From contig OZ219751.1 of assembly GCA_964291315.2 (NCBI GenBank), positions 56,896 through 120,895 on the forward strand: DNA of 64,000 nt. The letters run 5' to 3'. The position numbers were made by a program, and so were the translations under genes. How positions within the stretch are numbered: the first letter of the stretch is position 1; every line of letters begins with the position of its first letter. Positions 1 through 10,024 of this stretch are shown piece by piece. Source of the stretch: Candidatus Poribacteria bacterium (GTDB taxonomy: Bacteria; Poribacteria; WGA-4E; WGA-3G). Under the pieces are notes generated by a model that saw nothing but the letters and a program-made list of their open reading frames with translations, searched no databases and was not told the origin of the DNA.

Positions 1-1618
1 AGAGGTTCCAAGTCGTCCCACTCTCTTGGCGTTGCCATGTTTTCCCTCCATTATTTGTATGGATGATTTCCCCACCACTCCCCACGCACCATCCTGTTTC
101 TTCATCCACAAAAAAAACAGCGAGTAGCTCTTGTTCAGTTCCAGAGGCTTGACGTTGCCAGACGCTTCCACCGTTTGCGGTATACAAAACTACCCCGGCT
201 TCTGCAACTGCCCACCCTTTCTCTGGGGACACGAAGTACGTAGCGCCGAAACATTCGGTCGTCCGACTATCCTGTGCATCCCAGACAAATCCGCCATCCT
301 TCGTTCGTAGAATAGCACCACGATCGCCGACAACATATCCTTCCTTTGAAGAGACAGCGCAGACATCCATAAGGAGATGACTCGGATTTGACTGTGATTC
401 CCAGGTTATACCACCGTTCCGAGTATGTAAGATTGTGCCATTTTCACCGACCGCCCACCCCAGCTGTTTAGAGATAAAGTCAACACCTAACAAGACAGCA
501 TCTGCACTGTTGTGGAAACGCGGGCCTCCGCGTTGATGTTTCCACTTGCCTTTCCCGCGGGACGAAGTGTGAAGAATAACCCCTAAGTCGCCAACAATCC
601 AACCATTTTGGGAATCCGTAAAATCGATATCATAAAGTGTAAAGGTGTGTAACGGTTCATTGCCAAGATACTCCGGTTGTCCATAACTACTTCTATGTCG
701 TTGATTGCTACCATCTGTGACGAATTCCCAGGTTTCTCCGCTGTTGGTTGTTGAAAAAACGCTCCGTTGATCGCCCACAACCCAGCCTGTCTGTTTGTCT
801 ATAAAGTAAACATCGAAAAGAGCTTGCTCTGTTGAGAATTGTATTTCCCAAGTTTCCCCTCCATCGGTTGTTCTATAGATGTAACCGGAGGGGTTACCGG
901 TTAATGGCAAAGACGGTTCTTCGCGCTTCGACAGAACGCGAGCAGCTCCGAAGTTTGCTTCTGACGTTGGTGTATTATAGGTGATAATCCATCCCTGATT
1001 TTCGTCTACAAAGTGAACCCCTTTTAGGGATTTTCTACCAAACACGCTCCCGTCAGCTTTAATAAAGGTCTTTCCGCCATCGATTGTTTTGAGCAGTGTT
1101 CCCCAATCTCCAACTATCCAGCCTACAACTTCTCCTATAAACATGGCGTGTAGATTATCTTCTGTACCCGTTTCAATGGAGTGCCATGTCTGCCCACCAT
1201 CGATGGTATGGATGAGCACACCACTTTCTCCGAGGCACCATCCCTCTAAGGCAGAACGAAAATAGACATTACGCAGAGGTTTACCGAAAACGCCACTGTT
1301 CTGTTTCTGCCATGTCTGCCCACCATCGATAGTATGGATGATTAAGCTCTCAGATTCTTCTATAAGATCTAAACCTGGGACCACATCTATCGCATTGCCC
1401 ACGATCCAGCCCTGCTTTTCAGAAATAAAGTGGACATCGTAGAGGTGCGAGCTCCAGTCACCTTCCATAACCGTTTTCCATTCGTACCGTATCTGCCGCT
1501 TAGATGCACTGTTCTCACAGCCCGCGATAGGTAGGATAATTATGAGCAGGAAAATAAAACATCTATTGGTTATCAGGAGACAGCCATCAATTAATCGGAG
1601 TAGCTGTATATTGTGCAC
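1..1618 (-). CDS. YCF48-like / BNR (Asp-box) beta-propeller lipoprotein, 3' end beyond the window edge
   Basis: Read by hand; absent from the ORF track because there is no stop in the window. Open frame with many 'GWxVGxxGxIxxTxDGGxTW' repeats and a lipobox-like 'LPIAGC'. The start (GTG 1618) is uncertain. Confidence 0.85.
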   Translation of the reverse strand, partial: MHNIQLLRLIDGCLLITNRCFIFLLIIILPIAGCENSASKRQIRYEWKTVMEGDWSSHLYDVHFISEKQGWIVGNAIDVVPGLDLIEESESLIIHTIDGGQTWQKQNSGVFGKPLRNVYFRSALEGWCLGESGVLIHTIDGGQTWHSIETGTEDNLHAMFIGEVVGWIVGDWGTLLKTIDGGKTFIKADGSVFGRKSLKGVHFVDENQGWIITYNTPTSEANFGAARVLSKREEPSLPLTGNPSGYIYRTTDGGETWEIQFSTEQALFDVYFIDKQTGWVVGDQRSVFSTTNSGETWEFVTDGSNQRHRSSYGQPEYLGNEPLHTFTLYDIDFTDSQNGWIVGDLGVILHTSSRGKGKWKHQRGGPRFHNSADAVLLGVDFISKQLGWAVGENGTILHTRNGGITWESQSNPSHLLMDVCAVSSKEGYVVGDRGAILRTKDGGFVWDAQDSRTTECFGATYFVSPEKGWAVAEAGVVLYTANGGSVWQRQASGTEQELLAVFFVDEETGWCVGSGGEIIHTNNGGKTWQRQESGTTWNL

Positions 1619-1670
1619 ATACGACAAACATCTCTTCAACTCAAGACTGATAACTGATAACTGATAACCG
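1562..1670. repeat. Heptamer-armed intergenic element; (ACTGATA)x3 at 1646-1666
   Basis: Tandem ACTGATA next to the dapB stop, with a shorter inverted arm TATTGGTTATCAG near 1564-1576. Confidence 0.6.
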
Positions 1671-2468
1671 TTAACAAAGAATTTTGCTGACATCGTGCAA
1701 ACCTTTAGGAGCATTGAGGACCCACCTTGCCGCGCGGATCCCCCCTTTGGCAAATGCGTCCCTATTGTGAGATCGATGGACGATTCTTAATTGTTCATCC
1801 TCAGTTGTAAAAAGCACGGTGTGATCACCTGCAATATCCCCGCCGCGAACCGCGTAAATTCCAATCTCTTTCTCAGGTCTCACACTAGCCATACCGTGAT
1901 GATCGTGGACATCTACTTCCAGTAAATCACGTCCCAAGGCTATGGCGACGGTTTCTGCGAGACGGAGTGCGGTTCCACTCGGTGCATCTACTTTGTGGTT
2001 GTGATGTGCCTCTATTACTTCAATATTGTAATCGTCTCCGAGGGCTTTTGCAATTAATTCTAATGCTTGGATCATTACATTGATGCCCAAGCTCATATTT
2101 GGTGCCATCACGCAGCGAATCTTGGATGCCAATTCTTTAACAGTTACCAATTCATCAGAACTGAAACCTGTTGTTCCAATAACTATCGCTTTGCCCGCCG
2201 CTACAACTTGTCGGAGATATTGCACAGATGCTTCAGGTTTTGAGAAATCGATGAAAACATCTGCGTTTTCAAGCACATCCTCAAGTTCACCCCTTACAGT
2301 TACTCCAATCTCGTCAATACCTACGACAACTCCAACATCAGTCCCAACTTGTGGATGTCCTGTGTATTGGATAGCCCCAGTAAGTTCCATGTCAACTTGT
2401 TGGGAAATGCTTTGCGTAATGCATTGACCCATACGACCACAGACTCCAATGATAGCTACACGAATCAT
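1671..2468 (-). CDS. dapB: 4-hydroxy-tetrahydrodipicolinate reductase, paralogue 2
   Basis: GxxGRMG Rossmann motif, GTTG, APNMSLG, catalytic EAHHNHKVDAPSGTA. Confidence 0.93.
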   Translation of the reverse strand: MIRVAIIGVCGRMGQCITQSISQQVDMELTGAIQYTGHPQVGTDVGVVVGIDEIGVTVRGELEDVLENADVFIDFSKPEASVQYLRQVVAAGKAIVIGTTGFSSDELVTVKELASKIRCVMAPNMSLGINVMIQALELIAKALGDDYNIEVIEAHHNHKVDAPSGTALRLAETVAIALGRDLLEVDVHDHHGMASVRPEKEIGIYAVRGGDIAGDHTVLFTTEDEQLRIVHRSHNRDAFAKGGIRAARWVLNAPKGLHDVSKILC

Positions 2469-2498
2469 CACAAGTTTACTTAAAGATACGATTCGTCC

Positions 2499-3305
2499 TT
2501 ACTGTTTTTCGAAAAGAACTTTACTGACATCGTGCAAACCTTTAGGAGCATTGAGGACCCACCTTGCCGCGCGGATCGCCCCTTTAGCGAACGCTTCTGG
2601 GCTGTGTGCACGATGGACGACTTTTAATTGTTCACCCTCAGTTACAAATAACACGGTATGATCGCCCGCAATATCACCGCCGCGAACCGCGTGGATGCCA
2701 ATTTCCTGTTGCGTCCGCGCCCCAACAATACCGCGACGCCCGTAAACACCTGCTTCTACTAAATCACGTCCCAAGGCTATGGCGACGGTTTCTGCGAGAC
2801 GGAGTGCGGTTCCACTCGGTGCATCTACTTTGTGGTTGTGATGTGCCTCTATTACTTCAATATTGTAATCGTCTCCGAGGGCTTTTGCAATTAATTCTAA
2901 TGCTTGGATCATTACATTGATGCCCAAGCTCATATTTGGTGCCATCACGCAGCGAATCTCGGATGCCAGTTCTTTAACGGTTGCAAGCTCATCAGGGTTG
3001 TAACCGGTTGTGGCGATTACCATGGCTTTATCTGCATTAACAGCTTGCCGGAGGTGCTGCAAGGTTGCTTCTGGATTCGAGAACTCGATGACGACATCCG
3101 CTCTTTCAAGTACATCTTCAAGTTCACTTGTAATCGTCACGCCAGTTTCACCAATGCCCGCCACAACTCCAACATCAGTCCCGATTTGCGGGTGTTTAGG
3201 GTATTCAATCGCCCCAACAAGTTTCATATCATCTTGTTGAGCGATCCCTTGGGTAATGAGCCGACCCATACGACCACATGCCCCATTAATAATTACATGA
3301 ATCAT
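2499..3305 (-). CDS. dapB: 4-hydroxy-tetrahydrodipicolinate reductase, paralogue 1
   Basis: GACGRMG, EAHHNHKVDAPSGTA, GIHAVRGGDIAGDHTV. Confidence 0.95.
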   Translation of the reverse strand: MIHVIINGACGRMGRLITQGIAQQDDMKLVGAIEYPKHPQIGTDVGVVAGIGETGVTITSELEDVLERADVVIEFSNPEATLQHLRQAVNADKAMVIATTGYNPDELATVKELASEIRCVMAPNMSLGINVMIQALELIAKALGDDYNIEVIEAHHNHKVDAPSGTALRLAETVAIALGRDLVEAGVYGRRGIVGARTQQEIGIHAVRGGDIAGDHTVLFVTEGEQLKVVHRAHSPEAFAKGAIRAARWVLNAPKGLHDVSKVLFEKQ

Positions 3306-3395
3306 TTTTTTTCTTTTAACTTTGTTCACCGTTTCATGTTATTTCACGGTGGCTTTCAGTTAATTCCAGCTCCCTCTTGGTAAAAAAGATTACTT

Positions 3396-3492
3396 AATGG
3401 CTATTGGTTGTCAAGAGAAGGTAAGCGGTCGAGAACGGTTGTGATGCCTACAACCAGTTCAAGTTACTGACTGCTAACAACTGATAACCATT
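3396..3492. repeat. Heptamer-armed intergenic element
   Basis: Left arm AATGGCTATTGGTTGTCA is an imperfect inverse of right arm TAACAACTGATAACCATT; internal hairpin GGTTGT..ACAACC. Confidence 0.6.
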
Positions 3493-3620
3493 TTTATTTC
3501 AAGTTTAGCAAGTACGCTAGTTTCTATAGTCTTGTCCGTACATCAGCCATATATCAGGAATGGATACCTTAGGCCTTAATTTATCAAAAATCAGATTTTA
3601 TGTAAACAGGAAAAGACCTT

Positions 3621-4574
3621 TTATGGTGAATTATCGAGTAGAAGGGTAGCACGGGAAGTGTGTGCTGCAACGCGGTTAGTTTTCCCTAATTTTGCTTGTT
3701 CTCCGGCGCGGTAGGAGCTTCGCACTAGGGGGCCTGATTCCACGTGTCGAAACCCCATTTCTATTCCAGTTTCGTTGAGTTCATCAAATTCTTCAGGGGT
3801 GTAGTAGCGTTGGATCGGTAAGTGACGTGTGGAAGGAGCAAGGTATTGCCCGATCGTAAGAATATCACATCCTGTGTTACGGATGTCCTGCATCGTTTCT
3901 AAGATTTCTGTTACTGTTTCGCCTAGGCCTACCATAAGTCCGGACTTTGTGAGCATCTCGGTGTCGAGCATCTTAACTATTTCGAGCAGCTTTAGAGTCT
4001 GTTGGTAGTTAGCGTACGGGCGGACACGACGGTACAAACGCGGCACAGTCTCCGTGTTATGATTCAGAACTTCAGGGCGTGCTTGTACGATGACCTCAAG
4101 TGCCTTCCAATTGCCCTCGAGATCCGGAATAAGAGCTTCCAAGGTACATCCGGGGTGGTTTTTCCGTGCCTCCGAGATGCATTCAGCAAAGACGCTGGCA
4201 CCACCATCTCGAAGATCATCCCGATTGACAGATGTGATGACAACATGTTCAAGTTTTAGATAACCGACAGCCTCGCCAATGCGTCTCGGTTCGTCAGTAT
4301 CAAGGGTACCGCCCGGGGATCCCTTCTTGACAGCGCAGAACATGCAACGCCGCGTGCAGACATCACCTAATATCATAAAGGTTGCAGTCCGACCGTTCCA
4401 GCATTCGCCGATATTTGGACATTGTGCTTCTTCACAGACAGTGTGCAGTTCTAAATCGCGCATTAATTTTTTGAGTTCAACGTAATTCCCACCGCTTGGA
4501 ATCCGCGCTTTAATCCACTCCGGATGCCTATGATGCTGTCTGTTCGTGTTGACAATTGGAAGGTCTTTTAACAT
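3621..4574 (-). CDS. lipA: Lipoyl synthase (radical SAM)
   Basis: CEEAQCPNIGEC (CX4CX5C), CTRRCMFC (CX3CX2C), C-terminal VRSSY. Confidence 0.97.
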   Translation of the reverse strand: MLKDLPIVNTNRQHHRHPEWIKARIPSGGNYVELKKLMRDLELHTVCEEAQCPNIGECWNGRTATFMILGDVCTRRCMFCAVKKGSPGGTLDTDEPRRIGEAVGYLKLEHVVITSVNRDDLRDGGASVFAECISEARKNHPGCTLEALIPDLEGNWKALEVIVQARPEVLNHNTETVPRLYRRVRPYANYQQTLKLLEIVKMLDTEMLTKSGLMVGLGETVTEILETMQDIRNTGCDILTIGQYLAPSTRHLPIQRYYTPEEFDELNETGIEMGFRHVESGPLVRSSYRAGEQAKLGKTNRVAAHTSRATLLLDNSP

Positions 4575-4612
4575 TATTACGTCCTAGCTGTCTTGCTTTG
4601 CTATAAAGATAG

Positions 4613-4703
4613 CGGGAGAGGGTGGGAGTCGAACCCACCTATCCACTTGCATGGACAAGCCGGTTTTGAAGACCGGTAGGGCCACCGGACCCTATCCTCC
4701 CCC
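4613..4703 (-). tRNA. selC: tRNA-Sec (anticodon UCA)
   Basis: 8-bp acceptor stem GGGGGAGG/CCTCTCCC, anticodon arm CCGGT-CTTCAAA-ACCGG, long variable arm, T arm GTGGG-TTCGACT-CCCAC, G discriminator. CCA is not encoded. Lies directly downstream of selB. Confidence 0.96.
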
Positions 4704-4723
4704 ATCATTTAAATGTTGCATAA

Positions 4724-6664
4724 CTATACCTGCAACTGTCGCGGATGCAACCTTCGGACATTCCCGTCTCGGATCGTCAGATTTTGACTGTCACAATACT
4801 CTAAGAACGGGACTGCATATTTACGAGAGGTTTGGGCAATTTCGCGAAATTGGGCAACAGTTATCATATCATTCTTACGAAGATAAGCAATTAATAATTT
4901 CTGTCCTTCTTCAAGAGAAGTCGTGTGGATGAAAAAACCTTCTCCTATTTTAACGAACTGTCCCAAGCGTAGAAGCGCGAAAAAGGTTGATTCAAGCACC
5001 TTAGGCGTGTAGTCTGGCAGTAGCTTACCTAATTCATTGAGTGTTGGAGGGTGAATACCTGCTTCTAAGAACAACTTCTCTAATTTCTCTTTAGCGGTTT
5101 CTTCTTCTTGAGAAAACTGGATTTCATGGGAACTCAATCGGAGGAGATTGCCCTCTTTAACAACCTGATGTTCCATAATGAGTTGGCCCTCTAGTTTCTC
5201 AAAGCCTGTTTCGTCCAACGCGACTTCTCCGCGGAGTTGTGTGGCATTTTGTCCTGGAAGAAGGGGGTGTGCTTCATGAAAGTTTGCTAACGCCTTTAAC
5301 ATTTTTTCTTTGATTTTTGCAGTCCGAGAAGCGTCGGAGACTGAAGAGTTCCTACTAGATTTATCCCAATGTACAATTTCCCCATCAGCTTCTAATCTAC
5401 CTAAAATTGCGGTCACATCCTGCTGTGAATGCGGGAGATAGTACTGGAGGAAAGGCTCGGGTACGCAAAGCGTGCTGCTATTTTTCAATACGATATTAAC
5501 TATCTGGGCATTATCAGCCTCTTTCCATTGTGCTAAAGTGGCTACGGTTTCCGACGTAAACCGTTTATGTTTGGGAGCGAAAGGATTGATAACCTCACCG
5601 CCCCCAACGGTATGTTGTGCTGAAAAATCTCGCAGAATGATTCGGTCTCCCCTAAACGTTAAAACCGGGTGTTCTAAACGAAGTTGAGCTTGCACGGTGT
5701 CTCCCGGTAGAATTGCCTCGTCTACTAACATAATCAAGCGACAAAATATCTCACGGGTTCCGATATATGCTCGTAGGCGACTCCAATGCTCTAAGATCCT
5801 TGGAAATGAGGACAAGATTCGCAATGACACATCTATATTATCGGTGACTTGAGAAAAATCGATGGGGCAAAGTACATCGCCGCGTTGAATGGTTTGGACA
5901 GAAGGGCCTGATAGGTTGAGTGCTGTTCTTTGCCCTGCTTGCGCAACAGGGGCAGGTTCGTTATGCACTTGTATTCCGCGCACCCGTACAGGATCCCCTT
6001 GCGGAAGAATAACCATCCGCTGATCCTGGTGAATAGAACCACCGATAAGGGTGCCCGTGATAACAGTGCCAAATCCTTGAATAGTGAAAACTCGGTCAAC
6101 GTATAATCGCGGAATCCCATCAGTTTCTTCGACTTTTGTTGCGAGTGCTACTTGTTCAACAATAATTTGTTTTAAAGTATCGATACCAGCACCCGTTATA
6201 GAAGAGACACCAACGGTAGGAATGCCTTCCAAGGTTGTCCCAATAAACATTTCCTGCGTCATTTCCGTGGCTTCTTTCAACTCATCGAGCGTTGTCAAAT
6301 CAGATTTCGTCATGACGAGGACACCATTTGAAATACCTAACAAATCCAATATTGCCAAGTGTTCAAGGGTCTGTTCTTGGAATCCCTCTTTTGCATCTAC
6401 CACAAAAAGAACGATATCCATGCCGTAAGCGCCCGATAGCATGCTTCGGATAAATTTCTCGTGTCCGGGAACATCAACGATGCCGGCACGTGAGCCATCT
6501 GGCAAATCGAAGTAAGCGAAGCCTAATTCAATAGACAGGCCACGTTCACGCTCTTCCTTGAGTCTGTCTGTCTCCATGCCAGTGAGCATGACAATCAGTG
6601 CGGTTTTTCCGTGATCTACGTGTCCCGCTGTTCCAATGATGAGATGTCGTCTGTCTTGATGCAT
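4724..6664 (-). CDS. selB: Selenocysteine-specific elongation factor
   Basis: [31 protein letters not shown]-terminal winged helix TSRKYAVPFLEY. Confidence 0.97.
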   Translation of the reverse strand: MHQDRRHLIIGTAGHVDHGKTALIVMLTGMETDRLKEERERGLSIELGFAYFDLPDGSRAGIVDVPGHEKFIRSMLSGAYGMDIVLFVVDAKEGFQEQTLEHLAILDLLGISNGVLVMTKSDLTTLDELKEATEMTQEMFIGTTLEGIPTVGVSSITGAGIDTLKQIIVEQVALATKVEETDGIPRLYVDRVFTIQGFGTVITGTLIGGSIHQDQRMVILPQGDPVRVRGIQVHNEPAPVAQAGQRTALNLSGPSVQTIQRGDVLCPIDFSQVTDNIDVSLRILSSFPRILEHWSRLRAYIGTREIFCRLIMLVDEAILPGDTVQAQLRLEHPVLTFRGDRIILRDFSAQHTVGGGEVINPFAPKHKRFTSETVATLAQWKEADNAQIVNIVLKNSSTLCVPEPFLQYYLPHSQQDVTAILGRLEADGEIVHWDKSSRNSSVSDASRTAKIKEKMLKALANFHEAHPLLPGQNATQLRGEVALDETGFEKLEGQLIMEHQVVKEGNLLRLSSHEIQFSQEEETAKEKLEKLFLEAGIHPPTLNELGKLLPDYTPKVLESTFFALLRLGQFVKIGEGFFIHTTSLEEGQKLLIAYLRKNDMITVAQFREIAQTSRKYAVPFLEYCDSQNLTIRDGNVRRLHPRQLQV

Positions 6665-6700
6665 CAGATGGCTTACTATAACGTTTTTTGCGATTGCCCA

Positions 6701-7468
6701 TCATGGATAGGCTTCGATGATTTTGCCGATTCGGTTAAATCTAACATTCCCGACTAGTTTCCAGACTTCCCAGAATTTCGCCGGACGCGCATTAAATGAC
6801 CAATATACCATGAACGCTTGTCCCTTGATGTCGTTTACGTCTACCGGGCCCCAAGAGCGACTATCGCTACTTTGATCTCTATTATCGCCCATCGCGAAAA
6901 CCATCCCCTTCGGAATAGTAAAAGGTTTACCTTTTGGAAACTTGCGGCTAAATTGGCTTGCCGTTAAAGCGTAATCCGAAAATGTTTCATCATCGGGCAG
7001 ATATTCCGGTTGACGAAATGGCGGGAAGTCCCCTCTTTTAAAGTGGCTGAACGTCATGTGTTTCGTATAGTGGTTATCATCAACCGTTTCTCCGTTCACA
7101 TAAAGCGTGTTGCCACGGGTTTCAACCGTATCACCTTCAACAGCTACGATGCGCTTGATAAAATTTCGTTCCCGATCATGTGGCGGGATGAAAACGAAAA
7201 CATCACCCCGGGTGGGCTTATGAAAATTAAATATCTTGATATCCGTACCCGGAATTTTAACACCGTAGATGAACTTGCAGACAAGAATCCGATCTCCAAT
7301 CAGGAGCGTGTCTTCCATCGAACCTGATGGGATTTTAAAAGCTTCAACAACAAAAGGACGTATGAATCCAAAAACGAGAATCAGCGCAACAACGATAACT
7401 TGGGTATATTCCCATATGACAGTCTTCCGAAATTTCTGCCATTTTGATAATTGGATATCCGGACTCAT
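6701..7468 (-). CDS. lepB: Signal peptidase I
   Basis: IPSGSM (catalytic Ser), FIKRIV (catalytic Lys), MGDNRDQSSDSRSWG; downstream of lepA. Confidence 0.96.
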   Translation of the reverse strand: MSPDIQLSKWQKFRKTVIWEYTQVIVVALILVFGFIRPFVVEAFKIPSGSMEDTLLIGDRILVCKFIYGVKIPGTDIKIFNFHKPTRGDVFVFIPPHDRERNFIKRIVAVEGDTVETRGNTLYVNGETVDDNHYTKHMTFSHFKRGDFPPFRQPEYLPDDETFSDYALTASQFSRKFPKGKPFTIPKGMVFAMGDNRDQSSDSRSWGPVDVNDIKGQAFMVYWSFNARPAKFWEVWKLVGNVRFNRIGKIIEAYP

Positions 7469-7561
7469 TGGTGTTATGAAACCGCTGTTAATAAGCGGTA
7501 AACTCCTTTCTTTTTCTATTTACTTTATTTATCGTCTCACCTCAGTGAAAACAGATGCCGG

Positions 7562-8003
7562 TCAGATGAGTTTGCCGATTCTATTGAATCTGATACTGTT
7601 AATCCTCTTCCATATTTCCACGAACTTTATAGAACGATCCACAACCGACCACACAACCATAAAAACCTATCCTTCAATATCCTCTACGGCAGCAGGTCCG
7701 CACACACAACTATCACGATTCTACTCGCGATTGACACCCATCGCAAAGATCAATCTTTTGGAACAGCGAGCGGTTTGTGTTCTGGAAACTTACGTCTAAA
7801 CCATCTTGCTGTCAAAGTATAGTCATCATAACTTTTACCCATCCGGATATATTCAGGATTCCGAAATGGTGGAAAAATCCGTTCTGACAGGAATTTTGAT
7901 TTGTAAATAAACCTACAAACCAAAATCTGGACACCGACAAGAAATGTATCCTCCATTAAACCCAATGGAATAACAAAAAACCTCAACACACCCTTGATAA
8001 AAC
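7562..8003 (-). pseudogene. Degenerate second signal peptidase I
   Basis: FVIPLGLMEDTFLVG (Ser lost), deletion of the IKR region, FPPFRNPEY, a frameshift, then FAMGVNRE*NRDS...EG*VFMV...IRFNRIGKLI*. Colinear with the adjacent lepB. Confidence 0.85.
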
Positions 8004-8052
8004 GGTATCTTCATTTTCCCAATGCTAAATCCCTAGTGGTTCTAGCCGGATA

Positions 8053-9858
8053 TTACTCTTCAGTAGCAAGTATTGCGGTGAATGCTTCTTGTGGAATATC
8101 AACATTTCCAATTTGTTTGAGCCGTTTTTTGCCCTCTTTTTGTCTCTTCAACAATTTCTGCTTTCGAGTCACATCCCCACCATAGCACTTCGCAGTGACG
8201 TTTTTCCGGAGTGCCCGAACCGTTTCTCTGGCAACAATCTTGTTTCCAATTGCCGCTTGCACCGGAACTTCGAACATATGCCGTGGAATTAACTCCTTTA
8301 ATTTGTTGACCAACGCTTTCCCACGCGTCTCTGCTGTATCCCGCGGTAGAATCGTGGAGAGGGCATCTATGGGCCTACCATTGAGTAAGATATCTAACTT
8401 CACTAGTTTTTCAGCTTTGTATGATCCAACATCGTATTCTAATGATCCATATCCCCGTGTTAGCGATTTCAGTTTAGGATAAAAGTCGATCAGCATCTCG
8501 CTGAGTGGAAGGTCATATAATAATTGGACACGCGTTACGTCCAATTGGTTCAATCGTTTGTATATACCCCGACGTTTCTGACAAAGTTCCATGGCATTTC
8601 CGATATACTCGCGAGGCACGATAATTTCAATGTTCACATAAGGTTCCTCGATATGATCAATATCGTTTGGTTCAGGAAGATGTGCTGGATTGCCAACCAA
8701 GGCATACCCACCTGTCTTCAGGTGAACTCGATACATAACACTCGGTGCGGTCCGGACAAGCGAGAGTCCAAATTCTCGCTCAAGGCGTTCATGGATAATT
8801 TCCATGTGGAGCAACCCTAAGAAACCGCACCGAAATCCAAAACCGAGAGCGATCGAGGTCTCGGGCTCAAAATTGAAAGAGGAATCGTTGAGACGTAGTT
8901 TATCGAGAGCCTCACGCAAGGCATGAAATTGATTCGTATCTGCCGGATACAATCCACTAAATACGAGCGGTTTCATCTCGCGATAACCCGGAAGCGGGCC
9001 CTCTGTCGGTTTTGCGCGGTGTGTAATGGTGTCCCCGATTTTTGCCTTATCAATCTCCCGGATGCCTGCAATCAAGTATCCCACTGCCCCAGTGTAGAGC
9101 TCGGTCGTTGGTTGCATTTCTGGTGTAAAGATACCGACCTCCTCAACTTCGTAAGATTGCTTTGTCTCCATCAGCTGAATTTTCTCTCCCGGTTTCACAC
9201 TACCGTCAAAAATTCGCGTATACATGACAACACCGCGATAATTATCGTAGACGGAATCAAGCACAAGTGCTTTCAATGGAGCATCAAGGTCGCCTGCGGG
9301 AGCCGGAATTCGATCGACAATCGCTTCCAATATAGCAGGAATACCTATTCCCATCTTAGCACTAACAAGAAGTGCATCGGCAGCCGGAATACCGATAACT
9401 TCTTCTATCTGCCGTTTGGCTTCATCCGGTTGCGCTGTGGGGAGATCAATCTTATTAACAACTGGGATAATCTCAAGATCGTTATCAATCGCAAGGTAGG
9501 CGTTTGCAAGGGTTTGCGCCTCAACCCCTTGTGCAGCATCAATAATTAAAATCGCGCCTTCACACGCTGCAAGACTCCGAGAAACCTCGTATGTAAAATC
9601 GACGTGGCCAGGCGTATCAATCAAGTTGAGTTCGTAGCCGTTTCCATCCGCGGTAGGATAGTGGAGATTAACAGCGGTCGCCTTAATCGTGATACCGCGT
9701 TCGCGTTCCAAATCCATCAAATCAAGTACTTGGTCACGCATTTCACGATCAGCAAGTGCATTAGTATGCTCAAGGATCCTGTCACTGAGCGTACTTTTCC
9801 CGTGGTCAATATGACCTAAGATACAGAAATTTCGTATATTTTGAAGATTCGTTGGCAT
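8053..9858 (-). CDS. lepA: Elongation factor 4 (LepA)
   Basis: [33 protein letters not shown]. Confidence 0.98.
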   Translation of the reverse strand: MPTNLQNIRNFCILGHIDHGKSTLSDRILEHTNALADREMRDQVLDLMDLERERGITIKATAVNLHYPTADGNGYELNLIDTPGHVDFTYEVSRSLAACEGAILIIDAAQGVEAQTLANAYLAIDNDLEIIPVVNKIDLPTAQPDEAKRQIEEVIGIPAADALLVSAKMGIGIPAILEAIVDRIPAPAGDLDAPLKALVLDSVYDNYRGVVMYTRIFDGSVKPGEKIQLMETKQSYEVEEVGIFTPEMQPTTELYTGAVGYLIAGIREIDKAKIGDTITHRAKPTEGPLPGYREMKPLVFSGLYPADTNQFHALREALDKLRLNDSSFNFEPETSIALGFGFRCGFLGLLHMEIIHERLEREFGLSLVRTAPSVMYRVHLKTGGYALVGNPAHLPEPNDIDHIEEPYVNIEIIVPREYIGNAMELCQKRRGIYKRLNQLDVTRVQLLYDLPLSEMLIDFYPKLKSLTRGYGSLEYDVGSYKAEKLVKLDILLNGRPIDALSTILPRDTAETRGKALVNKLKELIPRHMFEVPVQAAIGNKIVARETVRALRKNVTAKCYGGDVTRKQKLLKRQKEGKKRLKQIGNVDIPQEAFTAILATEE

Positions 9859-9867
9859 AGTATAGAC

Positions 9868-9897
9868 AGTATATCACAACTTTGGTCAGAGTGTCCA
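9868..9897 (-). promoter_or_regulatory. sigma70-type promoter for lepA, near-leaderless
   Basis: TGGACA-18nt-TATACT with extended TG; the -10 ends 9 nt before the ATG and there is no SD. Confidence 0.5.
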
Positions 9898-10024
9898 CAG
9901 AATTTCACATATCTTGTTAATGTCCCTGTTTTCGTTTCGGCTCCGACTTCATTTTAAGCGGAATCGCGATCGTTAGATCGAGTCTGCATACAGCTGACAG
10001 ATCTACAGACTGCTATAGATGTTC

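Noticed and set aside
60-125. Apparent frameshift in homopolymer runs of the BNR gene
   Set aside because: Recounting the C4 and A8 runs keeps the frame; the gene simply runs off the window.
1640-1670. CRISPR-like repeats
   Set aside because: These are 7-nt tandem units without spacers, and there are no cas genes.
4651-4932. 93-aa plus-strand ORF
   Set aside because: Antisense to selC and selB; a shadow ORF.
7269-7799. 176-aa plus-strand ORF
   Set aside because: Antisense to lepB and its pseudogene, with no recognisable motifs.
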